NCBI GenBank assembly: GCA_963774695.1
Contig: CAVZFY010000003.1
Coordinates: 107,043 to 171,042 of the forward strand
DNA from: an uncultured Chloroflexia bacterium
Lineage (GTDB): Bacteria > Chloroflexota > Limnocylindria > Limnocylindrales > CSP1-4
Length of the DNA: 64,000 nucleotides
Direction: 5' to 3'
Every line of letters begins with the position of its first letter. Position 1 is the first letter of the stretch. A model generated the notes under the pieces. That model was given only the letters and a program-made list of their open reading frames with translations. It searched no databases and had not been told where the DNA came from. This document shows, piece by piece, positions 58,798 through 64,000 of this stretch. The translations under genes and the position numbers were made by a program.

Positions 58798-60132
58798 TCA
58801 GGGGGCGAGGGTGCCCAGCCACGCCGAGCCGCTCGAGCCATCCTGGGCCAGGAGCCCGATCGGGAGCAGGTTCATCGTGAACGGATACGTCCCGTCCACC
58901 CAGCCCGTCGGCGGCGTGCCCGCGACGGCGAGCTGGTCCCAGTTGCGACCATCCACCGATGCCCAGGCCGCCTGCCTGCCGAGCCCGCGATAGGCGACGA
59001 AGCGCTGCCCGTCTGCGACGAGGATCCCGTTCGGGCAGACGTCGCGACACTCGTCCTTCAGCTTCGACGCCCCGACCGGCGGGTAGCCGTCGAGCGGCTG
59101 CCACACGCGTCCGCCCGACGCGCACCACACCCACTGGATGTTCCCGCCGGCCAGGTCCTCGAACCCCTGGCCGATGAGCCCGCCCGCGCCCGCCGCAAGC
59201 GGCTCGAGCATCGATCGCGAGACGTCCGGGGTCCCGCAGCGTGGCCGCCACGCGGTCGACGTCCAGTGCCGGCCGTCCGCCGACGACACCACGTACGCCC
59301 CGCCAGTCCCCGACCCGATCCCGAGGTACGTGCCCGCGAAGGCCGTCGCGCCCGACGCACGCCAGCCTTTCGGGAGGCCGCCCGACGCGGGGCTGCCCCA
59401 CGCGATGCCGTCGTCGGAGACCGCGGGCCAGCCGCCGTCCGCGCGGACGATCAGCAGCGGCGCGACGGCCGGCTCGAGCACGGGATAGTCGCCGTCGTTG
59501 CCGGACATCTCCGCGGGGAGCTTCACGCCGGTGACCGGATGCGGGGTCCACGCAACGCCATCGGTCGACGTCCACGACTGCAGCGGTCCGGCCAGGGTGT
59601 GACACTCGAGGACATCCGGCGGGTCGTCGCACGTGCCAACGAGCGTCAGCGTCAGGGCGACGACACCGTCGCGGGTCGCCGCGACGGAGACCACCGCCGT
59701 GGACGGCCCGAACGTGCCCGGCCGGAAGGCATCGACCACGTCGCGCCGTCGGGCGACGTCGAGACCTCGCTCCGACCCGCAGGATCCGCTGTAAGCGGCC
59801 GGCCCACGGCGACGTAGCCATGCGCCCACGGCGTCACGGATCGCGACGACGTGAGGGTGTCACCGGCGCGCCAGCTGCCGCCACGTGATGGTCGTCCATC
59901 CCGAGGACGTCCCCGGCGCCCGGGGCGTCGCCTCTGGCGTCGGTGCGGCCGAGGCTTCCGGCGTCGACGACGGGCTCGCGGACGGCGATGACAGCGCCTC
60001 GGCGCTCGGGGAGGGTTCGACCGAGGGTGAGGCTGCGATCTCGCTTCCGGCGGGCGCCTCGCTTGCCGCCGGGGACGGCGTTGGGGGCGTGCCGGCGCAG
60101 GCGCCGACGATCGCCGCGAGGACCGAGACCAT
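58798..60132 (-). CDS. lipoprotein with Asp-box (BNR-like) repeats, probable beta-propeller (2 frame breaks)
   Basis: Stitched from ORFs 59860-60210(-) (lipobox AIVGACAG, Pro/Ser/Ala linker), 59652-61463(-) (tail) and 58798-59829(-). Repeated SxDGxxW motifs: SPDGATW, STDGVAWT, SDDGIAW, SADGRHWT, SVDGRNW. Confidence 0.6.
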
Positions 60133-60225
60133 GACGATGTGCCGGCTTCGATGGATGCACGCAAACGCTCCGATCGCGCGGACCATACGTCGCGCCGGAT
60201 GCGGTGCCAATGGGGTGACTGCCCC

Positions 60226-61674
60226 TTATTGATCGGCCGCGCCGAGGAGCCAGCGCATCCCCTCGCGCGGCGCCCAGAGCCAGGACGGCAGCACGGTCGC
60301 CGCGTACTCGAACTCGTAGGCCTCCTTGGCGACCTCGAACGCGTCGAGGAGGTCGAGGTCGACGACGATCGGCGCGCCGGCACCGCGGAGGCCCGCGGCA
60401 TAGGCGGTGATGAACCGCTCCCGCGCACGCCCGATCCACGCGTCCACGTCGAGGCCGGGCCGGGCGATCGGACCGCCGTTGCGCCGGTCCGCGCGTCGGC
60501 GCGCGCTTCGGGCGACGTGGTCGAGCGACCGCAGCATCGAGGCGACGTCGCGCAACGGCGAGTCCGGCCGGCGCCGGTCCTCGATCGGGCGCAGGGGCTC
60601 GCCCTCGAAGTCGATGACGCGATACCCATCCTCCGCGACCAGCACCTGGCCGAGGTGCAGGTCGGCGTGGATGCGCATGACCAGCGGGGTCGTGGCGACG
60701 GCCTCGAAGCGCGAGAACCGGGCGGTGATCTCCGGCGCGGCGTCGCGCAGCTCGTCCGCCGCCGCGCGATCGACGACCGCCGAGCGCGGCGATGGCCGCG
60801 TTCAGCTGGCGCACGGCGCTCGATCCGCCATGCTCGCAGCTCGTCGTGGGTCGCCGGCCGCGCGGCGAGGTCCGGCGCGTCCGCCGGCGCCGAGGCGAGC
60901 GCCGCGTGGAGGCCGGCGACCAGCAGGCCCAGGTCCTCCGCGATGCCCGTGAGCGCCTCGAGGTCGGCGGGGATCGGCGCCGCGACGGCGGTCGCCAGGC
61001 GCTCGGCCGTGTCCTCGTACGCGTCGCCGGCGTCGGCGACGTACGCCTGGAGCATCGCGACGGTCGACGCGCCGTCCTCCCGCGTGACGACCTCCGCCCA
61101 GCCGGCCAGCCGCGGCACGCCGCCGAACGCCGCCTCCTCGGACAGGTAGGCCGTCATCTCGAGATCCGGGTTGAGGCCCGGCTGGACCCGCCGGTACGCC
61201 TTGAGCAGCAGCCGCTCGCCGAGCACGACCGACGTGTTCGACTGGTCGCGGCCGAGGGCCCGCTCGGCGGCAGTGGCCAGGGAGCCCGCGGCCGCCGTCC
61301 CACAGGTCGGCAAGCCCGGGTGAGGGCCGGCAGACGAGCGCGGCGTCCGGGGACCCGGACGCGCCCTCGCGCGGCATCGCCCCGATCGTCCGTCCAGCCG
61401 CGATCGCAGCGGCCAGCGCCCGCCACGTGCCGTCCCCCTCGACCGCCTCGCGGGCGACGTCACCCGCGGCCGTGAACGGGACGAGGTAGCGCTGGGTCGC
61501 CTCGCCCAGGCGGACGTCGACGAGGGCGAGCGCCGCGTCGTCGGCGAGCGCGAACGCGTGGGCGAGCCGCGCGGAGGACGCGACGACGCCCTTCGACGCG
61601 AACCAGCGGCGGCCGGCGAGGTCCTCGAGGTCGAGGTCGCGGACGGCCGCCGCGATCGTGGCGCGGTCGATGCG
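60226..61674 (-). CDS. mak: maltokinase (Mak/Pep2-like aminoglycoside-phosphotransferase fold) (several frame breaks; no canonical start)
   Basis: Stitched from an unlisted frame just after the ALDH stop (RIDRATIAAAVRDLDLEDLAGRRWFASKG...), then ORFs 59652-61463(-), 59834-60814(-) and 60226-60678(-). Motifs DQSNTSVVLGERLLLKAYRRVQPGLNPDLE, RIHADLHLGQVL, IDFEGEPLRPIEDRRRPDSPLRDVASMLRS. Confidence 0.7.
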
Positions 61675-63142
61675 TCAGATACCCGTGTTGATCGTGATGT
61701 GCTTCACGGTCGTGTAGTCCTCGAGCGCGTACTTGGAGCCGTCCTTGCCGTAGCCCGACTCCTTGACGCCGCCGTGCGGGGTCTCCGACGCGAGCGTGAA
61801 GTGCTCGTTGATCCACACGGTCCCGAACTGGAGCCGGCGCGCGGTCCGCATGGCCTTGCTGATCGAGCCCGTGAACACCGACGACGCGAGCCCGAACTTC
61901 ACGTCGTTCGCCCACTGGACCGCCTGCTCCTCGTCCGAGAAGCGCTGGACGGTGACGACGGGGCCGAAGACCTCGTCCTGGACGATCTCGCTGCCCTGGT
62001 CGGGGTTGGCGATGACGGTGGGCTCGAAGTAGGCGCCGGGTCGGTCCGGACGGTGGCCGCCGACGACGAGCTCGGCCTTCGCCTCCAGCGCGCGGTCGAC
62101 CATGCCCTCGACCTTGTCGGCCTGCGCCTGGGCGATCAGCGAGCCCATGTCGAGGTCGTCGGCATCGGCCGGGTTGCCCCACTTGATCGACTTGACCTGG
62201 TCCGACAGGGCGGCGACGAAGCTGTCGTAGACGGCCGGGCCGGCGATGACGCGGCAGGCCGCGGTGCAGTCCTGGCCGCTGTTCCAGTAGCCGGCCGACT
62301 TGATGATCTCGGCCGCGAGCTCGACGTCGGCATCGTCGAACACGATGACCGGGGCCTTGCCGCCGAGCTCGAGGTGGAGGCGCTTGACGGTGCCGGCCGC
62401 GATCTCCGCGATGTGCTTGCCGGTCACCGTGTCGCCGGTGATCGAGACCATCCGGACCTTCGGGTGGCCGACCAGCAGGTCGCCGATGGCGTTGCCGGAG
62501 CCCGAGAGGACGTTCAGGACGCCCTCGGGGAGCTCGCCCGCCACGAGCTCGGCGAACCGGAGCGCCGAGAGCGGCGTCCGGACGGACGGCTTGAGCACGA
62601 CCGTGTTGCCGGTCGCGAGCGCGGGCCCGAGCTTCCAGGCCGCCATGTACAGCGGGTAGTTCCAGGGCGCGATCGACGCGACCACGCCGACCGGGTCGCG
62701 GCGGACCATCGAGGTGTGGCCCTCGAGGTACTCGGTGACCGCGAGGCCCTCCATCACGCGGCAGGCGCCGGCGAAGAAGCGGAACAGGTCCGACGACGTC
62801 GTCATCTCGTCGATCGCGGCGCCCGTCGGCTTGCCCGTCTGGCTGGACTCGAGGCGCCCGAGCTCGTCCGCGTTGGCGTCGAGGATGTCGGCGATCTTGA
62901 GCAGCGCGAGGCTGCGCGTCTGCGGGCGTCGTCAGGGACCACGACTCGAAGGCCGTCGATGCCGCCTCGACGGCCCGGTTGACGTCCGCCTCGGCCGACG
63001 CCGGGACGGTGGCGACGACCTCGCCCGTGGCCGGGTTCTCGACGTCGAGCGTCTGCCCCGAGGCCGCATCGACCCACTGGCCGCCGATGAACTGCTGGTA
63101 CGCCTTGACGGGGACGAGGGTGTCGGTCACGTGGGCCTCCAT
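61675..63142 (-). CDS. NAD(P)-dependent aldehyde dehydrogenase (1 frameshift)
   Basis: Stitched from ORF 61460-63205(-) (from the Met at 63142) and ORF 61675-62805(-). Motifs LELGGKAP, catalytic-Cys region WNSGQDCTAACR, EVFGPV. Break near 62925. Confidence 0.88.
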
Positions 63143-63320
63143 GGCGCGCCGACGAGCGCGCTTGCCGCGGATCGGGGTGGTGATCCGCGGATTGTGCCTC
63201 TCCACGCGCCGCGCGACCAGCGCAGACCGTCCCGCGCGACGAGGCGCGACGGGCGCCAGGCCGAAGTACTGCCCCCATTCGGTGGTGGTCGAGGCGAGAG
63301 GGCGGGCGTAGCGTCGCGGC

Positions 63321-64000
63321 GTGGATCAGCCCACGCAGCGGTTTGGCGCGCCCGACGGCGTTCACGTCGTCGGCTTGTTCGGCGGCGCGATCGTCCTCGG
63401 GGTCGTCGGGCTCGCGGCGATCCTCGGCGCGACGGCGACCGGCTCGACCACCGTGCTCGTCGTCGTCGCCGTCGGCGCGCTCGCCCTCGTCCTCGGCTGC
63501 GGGGCGATCCTGCTCCGGCGCCTGCGCTCCGCCGCCACGAGCCTGGAACGGACCACCCGCGAGGCGAGCGAGTCGGCGACACGCCTCAAGGTGCTCGTCG
63601 AGCACGTCCCGGCCGCGGTCTACATCGACATGGCCGATCCCGACGTCTCGGACGGCGGTCGCCTCGCCTACATGAGCCCGCAGATCGCCGGCATCCTCGG
63701 CTACGAGCCCGACGAGTTCGTCAGCGACCCCGAGCTATGGCCGAGCCTCATCCATCCCGACGACCGAGCGGCCGCGCTCGCGGCCTACGACGACCACTGG
63801 CAGACCGGCGCGCCACTCCGGGCGGAGTACCGGATGCTCGCGCGCGACGGCTCCGAGGTCTGGCTCCGGGACGAGGCGTTCGCGATGGCGGACGACACCC
63901 GCAGCGGCCTTCGCGTGTCGCAGGGCCTCCTCGTCGACACGACCGACCGCAAGCGCCTGGAGTCGCAGCTGATCCACGACGCGCTGCACGATCCACTGAC
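63321..64000 (+). CDS. membrane-anchored PAS-domain sensor, probably continuing into a GGDEF domain (partial, runs off the window)
   Basis: Frame-0 ORF not in the track because it has no stop. The GTG at 63321 follows a TAG at 63309. Two TM helices, then a PAS-like segment (VEHVPAAVYIDMADP...YMSPQIAGILGYEPDEF...HPDD...EYRMLARDGSEVW). It ends ...LIHDALHDPL, a linker typical just before GGDEF. Confidence 0.7.
   Translation, partial: MDQPTQRFGAPDGVHVVGLFGGAIVLGVVGLAAILGATATGSTTVLVVVAVGALALVLGCGAILLRRLRSAATSLERTTREASESATRLKVLVEHVPAAVYIDMADPDVSDGGRLAYMSPQIAGILGYEPDEFVSDPELWPSLIHPDDRAAALAAYDDHWQTGAPLRAEYRMLARDGSEVWLRDEAFAMADDTRSGLRVSQGLLVDTTDRKRLESQLIHDALHDPL

Overview
Very GC-rich, Actinomycetota-like chromosomal segment, densely coding on both strands. 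I support about 58 protein genes and two tRNAs (Arg-TCT, Glu-CTC). I saw no rRNA, CRISPR array, transposase or integrase.

Most content is housekeeping:
- Metabolism: a 2-oxoacid dehydrogenase set (E3, E1alpha, E1beta, E2) with lipA nearby, glpD-glpK, plsY, two acyl-CoA dehydrogenases, a class-III aminotransferase, an aldehyde dehydrogenase, maltokinase and adenosine deaminase.
- DNA repair: MutY-like, YcaQ-like and an Ogt/Ada-Zn fusion.
- Regulators: two ECF sigma factors, a LAL/LuxR ATPase, and a PAS sensor running off the 3' end.

Stand-out loci:
1. A ~13.7 kb, eight-gene, translationally coupled operon (21732-35396). It joins an ABC-2 exporter to a MoxR/DUF58/VWA (Bat-like) module and two large uncharacterised membrane proteins, one carrying a (Gly-Gln)x30 tract.
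2. An ECF sigma gene overlapping (ATGA) an Ogt-Ada zinc-finger fusion where an anti-sigma factor would normally sit.
3. An ECF42-type sigma with two DGPF/YciI genes.
4. An array of 3-4 near-identical palindromes in the lpd/plsY divergent intergenic region.

Major caveat: most genes are interrupted by single-base indels, often in G/C runs. The ORF track is therefore fragmented and also contains long spurious read-through ORFs. I rebuilt genes by stitching frames, so coordinates at breaks are approximate. I read the breaks as assembly or sequencing errors rather than true pseudogenes. All family assignments come from motif recognition by eye; no database search was possible.
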